DNA of 64,000 nt from an uncultured Actinomycetes bacterium (GTDB taxonomy: Bacteria > Actinomycetota > Thermoleophilia > Solirubrobacterales > 70-9): contig CAVUEV010000006.1 in NCBI GenBank assembly GCA_963740625.1, forward strand, positions 30,957-94,956, in the 5' to 3' direction. Each line of letters opens with the position of its first letter. The first letter of the stretch is position 1. The notes below the pieces were generated by a model. It was not told where the DNA came from. It made no database searches and saw nothing but the letters and a program-made list of their open reading frames with translations. This document shows positions 34,740 to 43,656 of this stretch, one piece after another. Position numbers and translations under genes: made by a program.

Positions 34740-37015
34740 ATGGCAGGCGGCCAGCCACCGCTCGACAGGGCCCAGGGGGAGCTCGGCAGCGCCCTCCCCG
34801 CGTACGAGATCGGCGCGATCCTCGGGAGTGGCGCGTTCGCCGTCGTCTTCGCGGCGCGCCACCGCAGCCTGGATCGGGAAGTGGCGATCAAGGTCCTGAC
34901 GCCTGCGCTCGTGGCGGACGAGGAGGCGCGCGAGCGCTTCGCCGTCGAGGCGCGGCTGCTCGCCTCGCTCGATCACCCGCACGTTGTGCGCGTCTACGAC
35001 TACGTGGACACGGAGTCCGCCTGCGCCCTGGTCATGGAGCGGATGCGAGGGGGCACGCTGGCGGATCGCCTCAAGCTCGGGCGGATGCCGGTGCCGCGCG
35101 CCTGCGCGATCACGGTCGCGGCGCTTCACGGCCTCGAGCACGCCCACCGCCACCGGGTGCTGCATCGCGACATCAAGCCCGAGAACCTGCATCTTCGCCG
35201 AGCGAGAATCTCCTCAAGGTCGCCGACTTCGGGATCGCCAAGATGCTCGGCGCCGGCGGCGCGCGGCTGACGGCGACGGCCGGCCGGCCCGGGACGCCCG
35301 CGTTCATGGCTCCCGAGCAGGTCTCCTCGTCGCTCGGCCCGCTCTCGTCGGCAACCGACGTGTGGGCGATGGGCGCCGTGCTCCACGAGCTGCTGGCGGG
35401 GGTGCCGCCGTTCGCGGACACCCAGGAGGTCGGCGAGGCGCTGCTGCGCCGAGTAACGAGCTCGCCGCCCGCACTCGACGGAGATCGCGCCGGACGTGCC
35501 CGCGCCGCTCGCGGCCGTCGTCTCGCGGGCGCTCCAGCTCAAGCCCGTTGACCGCTACCCGACGGCGGCCGGGTTCGCCGACGCCCTCGAGGAGGCCGCC
35601 GCCGATGCACTCGGCCCGGGAGCGATCGCGGCGACCGGGGTCCCGATTCACCGCACCGAGCCGGTCGAGGCTCCCCCGGACCGGCCGACGCTCGTCGAGA
35701 ATTCCCCCGGGGACCTGATGCCGCCCCCGAAACCCCCAGATGCCGCAGACGCACCTGGGCGCTGCTCGGCGCGGGCGTGGCGGCGGCCGTCGTCGTCCTC
35801 GTGATCCTGCTGGCTGGCGGGGGCGACGGAGGAACCCCGAGCGCACTGGCAGCGCTGCCCTCCCCTCCGCCGGGCTGGCCCACGGACATGGCGCTGAGCT
35901 ACGTCGATCCCATCGACGGGCCCGCCGGCGTGGCGAAGCGGCTTGGCCCGGGAGCCTCGACATGGGGGCTCTTCGACGGTGACGCGGCCGCGAAGACGGA
36001 CTGGAGCCATGATCCGAAGCGCGTCCCGGCCGACTTCGTGCGCAAGTCCGTGCGGGCTGGCGTGTTTCCCTACGCCATCTACTACGGCCTGCGGGCCCTG
36101 GGCCGAAGCGGCCACGCGGACGCCGAAGCCCCCCAGATGAGAAAGACGCTCGTCGACCGCGGACTCATGCGGATCTACTGGGGCAACGTCCGCAAGCTCC
36201 TGCGCTCCCTCGGCTCGACCCACGAGCCGGCGGCCGTGACGATCGAGTCGGGGATGTTCCCCGAGCTCGAGCAGCAGGTCCTCTTCAGCGGCCAGCGGCC
36301 CGAGAGCGTCCAGGCCGTGGTCGGCAGCTCGGGCCTGCCCGAGCTCAAGGGGCTGCCCGACAGCCTCCTCGGATTCGCGCAGGCGTGGCGCGCGCTTCGC
36401 GACCGCTACGCCCCGAAGGTCCTCCTCGGCGTCGAGCTCGACGACTACGGCGACAACGTCGACATCTCCCGCGACCTGCCACCGAAGCCCACGCTGCTGG
36501 CGGCGGCCGATGGCGTCGGCGCCTTCTACCTGGGCGTCGCGGCGAACGACTTCGACTACGCGGGGTTCGAGATGTCCTATTCGGAGGAGGGCGAGAACCC
36601 GAGCCGCACCGAGATCTACTCGACCGCTGAGAAACAGGGCGTGGTCAACTTCGTCCGCGAGTTCGTGCGCCGCGCCGGGATCCCGGTCGTGATCGACAGC
36701 GTGCCGACCGGCAACACCGCCTCGCGGGCGATCACCGACAAGCCCTACCACTGGCGTGACAGCTGGATCCAGTGGCTGGTCGGCGACGACCGGTTCTCGG
36801 GGCTCACCGCGTTGCGCGACGCCGGCGCCATCGGGGTCGTCTTCAGCGCCAGCACCGGGCCCGACGGCACCTGCCCGTGCGATGCCGCCCACGACGGCGT
36901 CACGAACGGCGGGAAGTTCGGCTCACCCTCGACGTCGGCCGACGACGACGGCGGCTACCTCGCCGAGCGGGACGCCGCGATGCAGAATGCGGGCGGCATG
37001 CCCTTGCGCCCATGA
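34740..37015 (+). pseudogene. receptor Ser/Thr protein kinase (Hanks type) with single TM and about 400-aa extracytoplasmic domain; at least 4 frame interruptions
   Basis: GSGAFAVVFAA..AIKVL, HRDIKPENL, LKVADFGIAK, GTPAFMAPEQ, then RCRRRTWALLGAGVAAAVVVLVILLAGG (TM) and a large C-terminal domain. The pieces lie in the frames of ORFs 34080.., 35243.., 35496.. and 35777... Confidence 0.8.
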
Positions 37016-37067
37016 CGGGCATCGCCCGAGGCTAGCCGGCCCGGCCTCGCCCGACGCCCGGTCTCGT

Positions 37068-37112
37068 CGACTTCGACGTTTGCCCCTTCCTGCGCTGTAA
37101 ATGTCGAACTCG
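37068..37112 (+). promoter_or_regulatory. 45-nt palindromic intergenic element, copy 2
   Basis: CGACTTCGACGTTTGC ... AAATGTCGAACTCG. Ends 98 nt upstream of the ATG at 37211. Confidence 0.6.
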
Positions 37113-37210
37113 CGCGGTGGCGGAATCGAAGCTGCCACGATCCGGAAACGGGATAGGGTCAAGATCGCGTGCCTGAAGGCAACCTCTGAGGGGAAAATCT
37201 GAGGGGAAAA

Positions 37211-38485
37211 ATGAACGGCTTCGGGCGGAATCCAGATCTGCGTCGGCGATTCAGCGACCGCGGAGGGCGCCTGCTCACCGCCTCACTCCTGCTTACGCTT
37301 GCGATCGCCTGCGTGGCCTGGAGTAGCGCCGGCGCGATGCCCGCAAAGCACGGCCGCCATCACCACCACCACAAGCCGAAGCCCGGACCGCGAGGGCCGC
37401 GCGGCGCAACCGGCCCTCAGGGCCCGGCGGGGCCCGCGGGCGCGGGGTCGATCGCGCTCACCTACGTGAGCGCGACGCAGCCCATTCCTGCAAACAGCGA
37501 AGCGGTCAAAGGGGTGCCCTGCCCCCCAGGGCAGTACGCGACGGGAGGCGGCGTCTCCTCAGACGGTGTCTTCAACCAGGTCTACCTGTTGGCCGGGGTG
37601 CCGACTTCCAACACCGGCGCCTGGTACGGAGCCGTGGATAACCGCGACGACGCGACGCACAACTACACGGCGTGGGGTGTCTGCACGCCCCCGTCGACCG
37701 TTACGCAGCCGCCCAAGCCGCAGGCCGCCGGGAGGAGCGTACGGGCAAAGGCCGGGCCACCCGGTCCGCAGGGACCGCGCGGAGCCACCGGGCCACAGGG
37801 CCCACCGGGGCCCAACGGGACCGGCCAGCTCTCGCTGACGTACGTGACCAAGAACGTCACCCCGCAGGCGAACGGCAACGCTTCGGGCACTGCGACCTGC
37901 CCGGCGGGCCAGCACGTCACCGGCGGCGGCGTGAGCTCACCCGCCGACTTCCAGCAGCAGTGGATCACCGACAGCGCGCCGAGCGCGGGCGGGACCGGCT
38001 GGACCGCGGCGGTAGACACGTTCGGCCCCTCCCAGCAGTTCGTCGTCCACGCGATCTGCACAACGTCGACGGTGACGACCATGAAGTTCAAGTCGCTGGC
38101 CGCCGCCCGCCGCTTCTTCGCACGCGAGCCGGCTGCGAAGCGCGGCCCGCGCGGTCCCAGGGGGCGGCGCGGCGCGACTGGGCCGCAGGGCACGCCCGGG
38201 CCATCGACGTCCCTGAGCACGATCCCGCTCACCTACGTCCTCGCCGAGGACGTCCCCGCACCGCACGGGACGCAGAGCGCCGGCGACGTGCAGTGCCCGG
38301 CGGGCCAGAACCTCACCGGCGGCGGGGTGTCCCCCGACGGACTCCACAACGAGAACGCCGTGAACTCCCTCTTCCCGAAGGACCCGGGGACCTGGTCGGC
38401 CGCCGTGGACAACTCGGGCCAGGCCAACGGTGAGAGCTTCGACGTGATCGGGGTCTGCACGCCCTCGACGGTGACCAAGCGCTAA
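37211..38485 (+). CDS. secreted three-module collagen-like / CPxG-TGGG domain protein
   Basis: Signal peptide, AKHGRHHHHHKPKPGPRGPRGATGPQGPAGPAG. Modules with CPPGQYATGGGV..WGVCTP, CPAGQHVTGGGV..HAICT, CPAGQNLTGGGV..IGVCTP. Confidence 0.85.
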   Translation: MNGFGRNPDLRRRFSDRGGRLLTASLLLTLAIACVAWSSAGAMPAKHGRHHHHHKPKPGPRGPRGATGPQGPAGPAGAGSIALTYVSATQPIPANSEAVKGVPCPPGQYATGGGVSSDGVFNQVYLLAGVPTSNTGAWYGAVDNRDDATHNYTAWGVCTPPSTVTQPPKPQAAGRSVRAKAGPPGPQGPRGATGPQGPPGPNGTGQLSLTYVTKNVTPQANGNASGTATCPAGQHVTGGGVSSPADFQQQWITDSAPSAGGTGWTAAVDTFGPSQQFVVHAICTTSTVTTMKFKSLAAARRFFAREPAAKRGPRGPRGRRGATGPQGTPGPSTSLSTIPLTYVLAEDVPAPHGTQSAGDVQCPAGQNLTGGGVSPDGLHNENAVNSLFPKDPGTWSAAVDNSGQANGESFDVIGVCTPSTVTKR

Positions 38486-38614
38486 GCCTGGGGTCGCGGC
38501 TTACCAAGGCTCGCGAAACGCCACTCTCGGCCGCGCCGCGGAATCGAAGCGGCCACGATCCAGAAACGGGATAGGGTCAAGATCGCGTGCCTGAAGGCAA
38601 CCTCTGAGGTGGGA

Positions 38615-39868
38615 ATGAACAGCACCAGGCGGAATCCAGATCTGTGGCAGCGAAGCGACCGGGGAAAGCGTCTTTTCGTCGCTGTGTTTGCGCTCTCCGT
38701 TGCGGTCGCCTGCGTCGCCTGGACGAGCGCGGGAGCGGCGCCCGCGAAGCACGGCCACCATCATCATCATCACCACCACCACAAGCCGAAGCCCGGACCG
38801 CGAGGCCCACGTGGCGCGGCCGGTCCTCAGGGCCCTGCGGGCCCGGCCGGCGCCGGCTCGCTTGCGCTCACCTATGTCAGCTTCACCTCCTCGCCGGCAG
38901 ACGACGAAGGAGTTCAGCCGAGGGACTTCGCCTTCGCGAAGGCCTTCTGCCCGAACGACAACCAGATCGCCACCGGCGGCGGAGTTACGTCGGACGGGAC
39001 CGTGAATGACCCGGTCTACCTCGAAGTGAGCGTTCCGCAGGCTGGCGGAGGCTGGTTCGGAGCGGTCGAGAACCGCGGCGATCAGCCTCACTCCTTCACC
39101 GTCTGGGCCGTGTGCACTCCTGCGACGTTGACCCAGGCAAAGGCAAGTTCCAAGACAGGACCTCCCGGGCCGCGCGGGCCCCGCGGCGCGACCGGCCCAT
39201 CCGGACCGCCGGGGGCAGCCGGTACCGGGCAGGTCTCGCTGGCCTACGTCGCGAAGCAGGTGCCGGCACAAAGCGGCAACACCACGGGGACGGCCACCTG
39301 CCCGGCGGGCCAGCACGTGACTGGAGGCGGCGTCGGGTCGGAGGCAACGGTCGGCAAGCAGTGGGTCACCGACAGCGCCCCGACGGCGGACCGGACGGGC
39401 TGGACCGTGTCAATGGACAACTTCGGCGCACAGCCGCCATTCATCGTCCACGCAATCTGTACAGCCTCGACCGTGGTCGCCGGCCCGGCCGCCAAGTCAG
39501 CCGGCGCCAAGGACGCGAAGCGTGGTCCTCGCGGACCGAGGGGAAGTCGCGGCGCGACCGGGCCTCAGGGCCCTCCGGGCTCCTCTCCCCCGGTCGCCAC
39601 GATCCCATTGACCGAGGTCGCGGCTCCTGACATCCCCGCTCCGGCTCAGGCGCAGACCGCGGGCTCGGTCGACTGCCCGGCCGGCCAGCACGTGACCGGC
39701 GGAGGTTTCATCACGAACGCCAACACGAACAACCAGATGGCTGTCAACTCCTCCTTCCCCCAGGACTCGGACACCTGGCTCGTCGCCGCCGACAACACCA
39801 GCAACGCGGCGCTGAGCTTCGAAGCCGACGCGGTCTGCACGCCATCGCTCGTGGCTGCCAAGCGATGA
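38615..39868 (+). CDS. secreted three-module collagen-like / CPxG-TGGG domain protein
   Basis: ATG 38615 aligns with the paralog start (MNSTRRNPDLW versus MNGFGRNPDLR). AKHGHHHHHHHHHKPKPGPRGPRG. Modules CPNDNQIATGGGV, CPAGQHVTGGGV, CPAGQHVTGGGF. Stop overlaps the next ATG (ATGA). Confidence 0.85.
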   Translation: MNSTRRNPDLWQRSDRGKRLFVAVFALSVAVACVAWTSAGAAPAKHGHHHHHHHHHKPKPGPRGPRGAAGPQGPAGPAGAGSLALTYVSFTSSPADDEGVQPRDFAFAKAFCPNDNQIATGGGVTSDGTVNDPVYLEVSVPQAGGGWFGAVENRGDQPHSFTVWAVCTPATLTQAKASSKTGPPGPRGPRGATGPSGPPGAAGTGQVSLAYVAKQVPAQSGNTTGTATCPAGQHVTGGGVGSEATVGKQWVTDSAPTADRTGWTVSMDNFGAQPPFIVHAICTASTVVAGPAAKSAGAKDAKRGPRGPRGSRGATGPQGPPGSSPPVATIPLTEVAAPDIPAPAQAQTAGSVDCPAGQHVTGGGFITNANTNNQMAVNSSFPQDSDTWLVAADNTSNAALSFEADAVCTPSLVAAKR

Positions 39869-40446
39869 AGCGCATCCGCCCACATCTCACGTACGCGAAC
39901 GTCATGGTGACGCTGCTGGCGTTCGTGGTCCTCGGCGGCGGAGCTTGGGCGATCAGCACCAAGGCCCCGCGGAACTCGGTCAACTCGAAGGCGATCATCG
40001 ACGGCTCGGTGAAGTCGGCCGACGTCAAGGACAACTCGCTGACCGGGGCCGACATCGACCAATCGACGCTCTCCGGCGGTGGCGGTGGCAACGGCGGGCC
40101 GCCCAGCGGCCCGGCGGGTGGCGACCTCACCGGCAACTATCCGAAGCCACAGATCGCGGCGGGGGCCGTGGGCCCGAACCAGCTTCAGGCTCACTCCGTT
40201 CACGAGACCCAGCTCGGACCGATCATCAGGGTGCAAACGGAGAACCAGGGGAAGATAGCCGCCTCTGCGAAGTGCCCGGCGGGCTCGCAGCTGATCTCGG
40301 GCGGCGCATCGACCTCGAGCTCGAACTCCCCGCTGGTCGCCAGCTTCGCGAACTTCGACACCAACCAGTGGCAGGCGTTCGCCGCCTACCAGAACACCAA
40401 CGACCCCTACCTCGACCTCTTCGTCGACGCCTACTGCCTGCAGTAG
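39865..40446 (+). CDS. N-terminally membrane-anchored stalk protein with C-terminal CPAG-SGG domain
   Basis: HLTYANVMVTLLAFVVLGGGAWA anchor, SVNSKAIIDGSVKSADVKDNSLTGADIDQSTLSGGGGGNGGPPSGPAGGDLTGNYPKPQIA stalk, CPAGSQLISGGA ... YCLQ* head. Confidence 0.8.
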   Translation: MKRIRPHLTYANVMVTLLAFVVLGGGAWAISTKAPRNSVNSKAIIDGSVKSADVKDNSLTGADIDQSTLSGGGGGNGGPPSGPAGGDLTGNYPKPQIAAGAVGPNQLQAHSVHETQLGPIIRVQTENQGKIAASAKCPAGSQLISGGASTSSSNSPLVASFANFDTNQWQAFAAYQNTNDPYLDLFVDAYCLQ

Positions 40447-40457
40447 GAGCGAGCGCA

Positions 40458-41036
40458 ATGCGAAAGCACCTCACGTTCGCCAATCTGGCCGCGGGGGCCG
40501 CGCTGTTCATCTCCCTTGGCGGCGGCGCCTACGCGATCGCCACCAAGGCGCCGCCGGACTCGGTCAACTCGAGGGCGATCGTCAACGGCTCGGTGAAGTC
40601 GGCCGATGTCAAGGACAACTCGCTGACTGGGACCGACATCGACCAGTCGACGCTGTCAGGTGGGGGAGGCAGCGGCGGGCCGCCCAGCGGCCCTGCCGGA
40701 GGCGACCTCGCCGGCAACTACCCGAAGCCGCAGATCGCCCCGGATGCGGTGGGCACGAACGCCATCCACGACGGCGCGATCTCCTCGGCGAAGCTGGGCA
40801 CGATAGTCACCGTGACCGCACACGTCGACATCCCACAGAACTCGACCCGCGACGCGTTCGCCACGTGCCCGAACGGGACGACGCTGATCAGCGGTGGGGC
40901 GAACGCCAATCCGACAAACATCGGCGTCACCCTCCAGGCGAGCTTCCCCAACGGCAAGATCTGGTACGGGAGGGCCGACAACCCCGCGACGGAGTTCAGC
41001 GGCGACCTCGACGTGTTCGCGAACTGTCTCCAGTGA
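40458..41036 (+). CDS. N-terminally membrane-anchored stalk protein with C-terminal CPNG-SGG domain
   Basis: Same conserved N-terminal roughly 95 aa as 39865..40446. Divergent head CPNGTTLISGGA ... NCLQ*. GGAG 8 nt before the ATG. Confidence 0.8.
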   Translation: MRKHLTFANLAAGAALFISLGGGAYAIATKAPPDSVNSRAIVNGSVKSADVKDNSLTGTDIDQSTLSGGGGSGGPPSGPAGGDLAGNYPKPQIAPDAVGTNAIHDGAISSAKLGTIVTVTAHVDIPQNSTRDAFATCPNGTTLISGGANANPTNIGVTLQASFPNGKIWYGRADNPATEFSGDLDVFANCLQ

Positions 41037-41049
41037 CGGGACGGTCGAG

Positions 41050-42003
41050 CTAGTTGTAAGACCCGAGCCCGTTGTTCAGCTCGGCAAGCCGAGCTGCCGG
41101 CGGTCTTCGACCGAGGGCGCCGTGGTTGCGCTTGAAGTTGTAGCGCCATAGCCAGCCCTCGAGGGCGGCGCTGCGCTCGGCGCTGTTTCGATAGATCGCG
41201 CCGTAGGCCCAGCCCGAGAGCATCGTGCGGATGAAGCGCTCAGCCTTGCCGTTGGTCTGCGGGCGGTAAGGCCGGGTGCGCAGGTGCCGCAGGCCGAGGG
41301 CTCGGCAGGCGATCGCGTGAACGGTTGAGACGTAGGCGGAGCCGTTGTCGGTCATCAGCGCCTCGACGGTGACCCCGTGACGACGGTAATGAGCCAGGCA
41401 GCGACGCAGGAAGCCGACCGCCGTCGTCGCCTTCTCGTCACCCAAGACCTCGACGTAGGCGAAGCGGGTGGCGTCGTCGACGCAGACGTGGACGAACTCC
41501 CAGCCGTGGCGGCCCTTGCCGGCGTGGCGGCCGCGCCCGCGCCCAAGAACCCGGTGACCGGGATGGTCGATGCGACCGAGCTTCTTGACGTCGATGTGGA
41601 TGAGCTCGCCGGGGCGCGAGCGCTCGTAGCGGACAGCGGGCTCCTGGCCGAGGCGGCCGAGCCTTCACATGCCGACTCGGGTGAGGATCCCCGAGACCGT
41701 GGTCTCCGCCATCGCCAGGACCTCGGCGATCTCGGCGCCGCTCATCCGCAGGCGCCGCAGCGCGCAGATCACGGCGATCCGGTCCTCGGGGGTGCGGTTG
41801 TGGACGCGGTGAGCCGCCGAGGGGCGGTCGTAAAGGCCGGCCTCACCCTCGGCGCGGTGGCGGGCGACCCACTTGCGGGCGGTCGGCTCGCTCGTCTCGG
41901 CGGCTCTCGCCGCCTCGACGAGCGAGAAGCCCTCCTCGTCGACTCGGTGGACCAGGAGCCTGCGCTTCTTCAGGCTGAGCGCAGCGTTAGCGTGGAGCTT
42001 CAT
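41050..42003 (-). pseudogene. IS481-family DDE transposase with an in-frame TGA
   Basis: N-terminal HTH (MKLHANAALSLKKRRLLV...), RYERSRPGELIHIDVKKLGRI, MTDNGSAY, and an rve C-terminus (RPYRPQTNGKAERF). One frame throughout, but a TGA at 41665-41667 splits it. The final TAG lies in the flanking CTAG. Confidence 0.8.
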
Positions 42004-42087
42004 CCGGTTGCCTCCTTGGGGCTGGGTGGGGTAGACACCCCCAGCCTTCAAGGGGGACCGGATGAAACAACGGGCTCAGGGATTACA
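41055..42087 (-). mobile_element. IS481-family insertion sequence (1033 bp) with 6-bp target duplication GCTAGT
   Basis: Terminal inverted repeats TGTAAGACCCGAGCCCGTTGTT (left) and TGTAATCCCTGAGCCCGTTGTT (right, reverse complement). Direct repeats GCTAGT at 41049-41054 and 42088-42093. CTAG is a classic IS481 target. Confidence 0.85.
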
Positions 42088-42088
42088 G

Positions 42089-43225
42089 CTAGTTCCGCAG
42101 CGTCGTTCGGAATCGGTCCGCCGGGGGACTCGCCGCTCCTGGGGCACGGAACAGCAGCTTCTCGTTGCCGAGCTCGACGACGTCGCGGTCCTGAAGCGAA
42201 ATCTCGGCCCCAGGCGCGACTGGACTGCCGTTCACGCGGGTGCCGTTGGTGCTGAGATCGACGAGCACGACTCCGCCCTCGCCGTCGCGGCGGAGCTCCA
42301 GATGCTCGCGTGAGACGGTGGGGTCGTCGAGCACCAGCCGGCGCGACGGGTCCACCCGGCCGCACTCGCGGCCGACGAGCAGCATCGGCTCGATCTGAAC
42401 CACCCACTCGCGCGGGCTCCCGGGGTCAACGACCACCCAGGCCTCTTGCCCGCCCGAGAGAGCACCGCTGCGCAGCAACCGGTCGTGCAGCTCGACGAGG
42501 CGCGGGCTCGGAGCGGTGCCGAGCTCCTCGCGCAGAAGCTGCCGGAGGTCCTCGAAGACCCGCATCGCCTCCGGAACGCTGCCCCGCCTGGCGAGCGCCG
42601 TCATCAGCAGCCGCTGGCCCGTTTCGCGAAGCGGCGAGCTCACGATGATCTCGCGGGCGGCATCGACCGCGACGCCGAGCTCGGCCTCCCCGAGCCCGAG
42701 GGACGCCTCCGCGAGGCACTCGAGGGCGCGCAGCCGATGCTCCGCGATCTGCTCGCGCCGCTCCTCCACCCACGGTCCCTCGAGCCCGACGCAGAAGCCG
42801 CCGCCGGTTACGTCGGAGGCGCGTTCCGCGGCCGAGCGCGCTGCCCGCCAGTCGGATGCGGCAAGGGCGCGTTCGGCGTCGTCGAGCTTCGCCACCGCCT
42901 CCTCCAAGTCGATGGTCGTCTTCGTCGGCAGCCGCAGCTCGAGGGAGGCCTTGCCCTCCAGGGCCTCCGGACCCAGCGCCCGGCGCAGCTTCGAGAGCTG
43001 CGTGCGAAGCGCCGCGTCGGGATCCGGGGGCCGCCGCTCGGGCCAGAGCAACTCGAGCAGCTCATCGCGGCCGACCTGGCGCTCGCGGTTGTCGACCAGG
43101 TAGGCGAGGAGCAACCGCCCCTGCCGCCCGGACGCCTCGGTGTCGACGCGCCTGCCGCCGATCTCGACGCGCAGCTCGCCGCAGAGGCGTGCGTATGAGG
43201 AAGCACCGCTGCCCGCCATCACCAT
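42089..43225 (-). CDS. EmbR-like regulator: OmpR-type winged helix + BTAD (SARP) + C-terminal FHA domain
   Basis: RLLLAYLVDNRERQVGRDELLELLW (wHTH), BTAD region (LMTALARRGSVPEAMRVFEDLRQLLREELGTAPSPRL), FHA (LLVGRE..VSREHLEL..DLSTNGTRVNG). Confidence 0.85.
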   Translation of the reverse strand: MVMAGSGASSYARLCGELRVEIGGRRVDTEASGRQGRLLLAYLVDNRERQVGRDELLELLWPERRPPDPDAALRTQLSKLRRALGPEALEGKASLELRLPTKTTIDLEEAVAKLDDAERALAASDWRAARSAAERASDVTGGGFCVGLEGPWVEERREQIAEHRLRALECLAEASLGLGEAELGVAVDAAREIIVSSPLRETGQRLLMTALARRGSVPEAMRVFEDLRQLLREELGTAPSPRLVELHDRLLRSGALSGGQEAWVVVDPGSPREWVVQIEPMLLVGRECGRVDPSRRLVLDDPTVSREHLELRRDGEGGVVLVDLSTNGTRVNGSPVAPGAEISLQDRDVVELGNEKLLFRAPGAASPPADRFRTTLRN

Positions 43226-43326
43226 CAGGTTTTACAGAAACGTTTTGGACACGTTCCTGAGAGAGGCGACCGCAAGGATTAGCCCATGCGATTCGCACGT
43301 CGGAGTTACCGTGATCATCGGCCTGA

Positions 43327-43644
43327 TTGCGTCGCTCGGTCCTGGCTCCGGCCTGGCTGCCTCTGGCAAGGCCGACGAGCACGACGATCAAGGTCGCCGC
43401 GCACACCGGCAGCGCCGTCGCGGGGAAGCTCAAGTCCTCGCGGGCGAGCTGCAAGGACGGCCGTGTCGTCAAGCTGAAGCGCAAGCAGCCCAGCAGCGCT
43501 TCCGTCGAGGGCTCGGCGGTGAGCGAGGCGAACGGGAGGTTCGAGATCGTCGGCGCCTTCGTTTCGTCGAACAAGTACTACGTCACCGTGGGACCGGAGG
43601 GAAGCTGTAGCGGCGCCCGCTCGGACTACTTCGGGATCGGTTAG
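43327..43644 (+). CDS. small hypothetical (probably secreted) protein; N-terminus unresolved
   Basis: The C-terminal part (KDGRVVKLKRKQ..EANGRFEIVGAFVSSNKYYVTVGPEGSC) looks like a real beta-rich protein. A plausible signal peptide is spread over two other frames upstream (43286-43330). Confidence 0.4.
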   Translation: MRRSVLAPAWLPLARPTSTTIKVAAHTGSAVAGKLKSSRASCKDGRVVKLKRKQPSSASVEGSAVSEANGRFEIVGAFVSSNKYYVTVGPEGSCSGARSDYFGIG

Positions 43645-43656
43645 CGAGGGAGGGAG

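Noticed and set aside
41665-41667. In-frame TGA in the transposase as programmed recoding or selenocysteine
   Set aside because: No SECIS-like hairpin immediately downstream, and IS481 transposases are not known selenoproteins. A nonsense mutation or base error is simpler.
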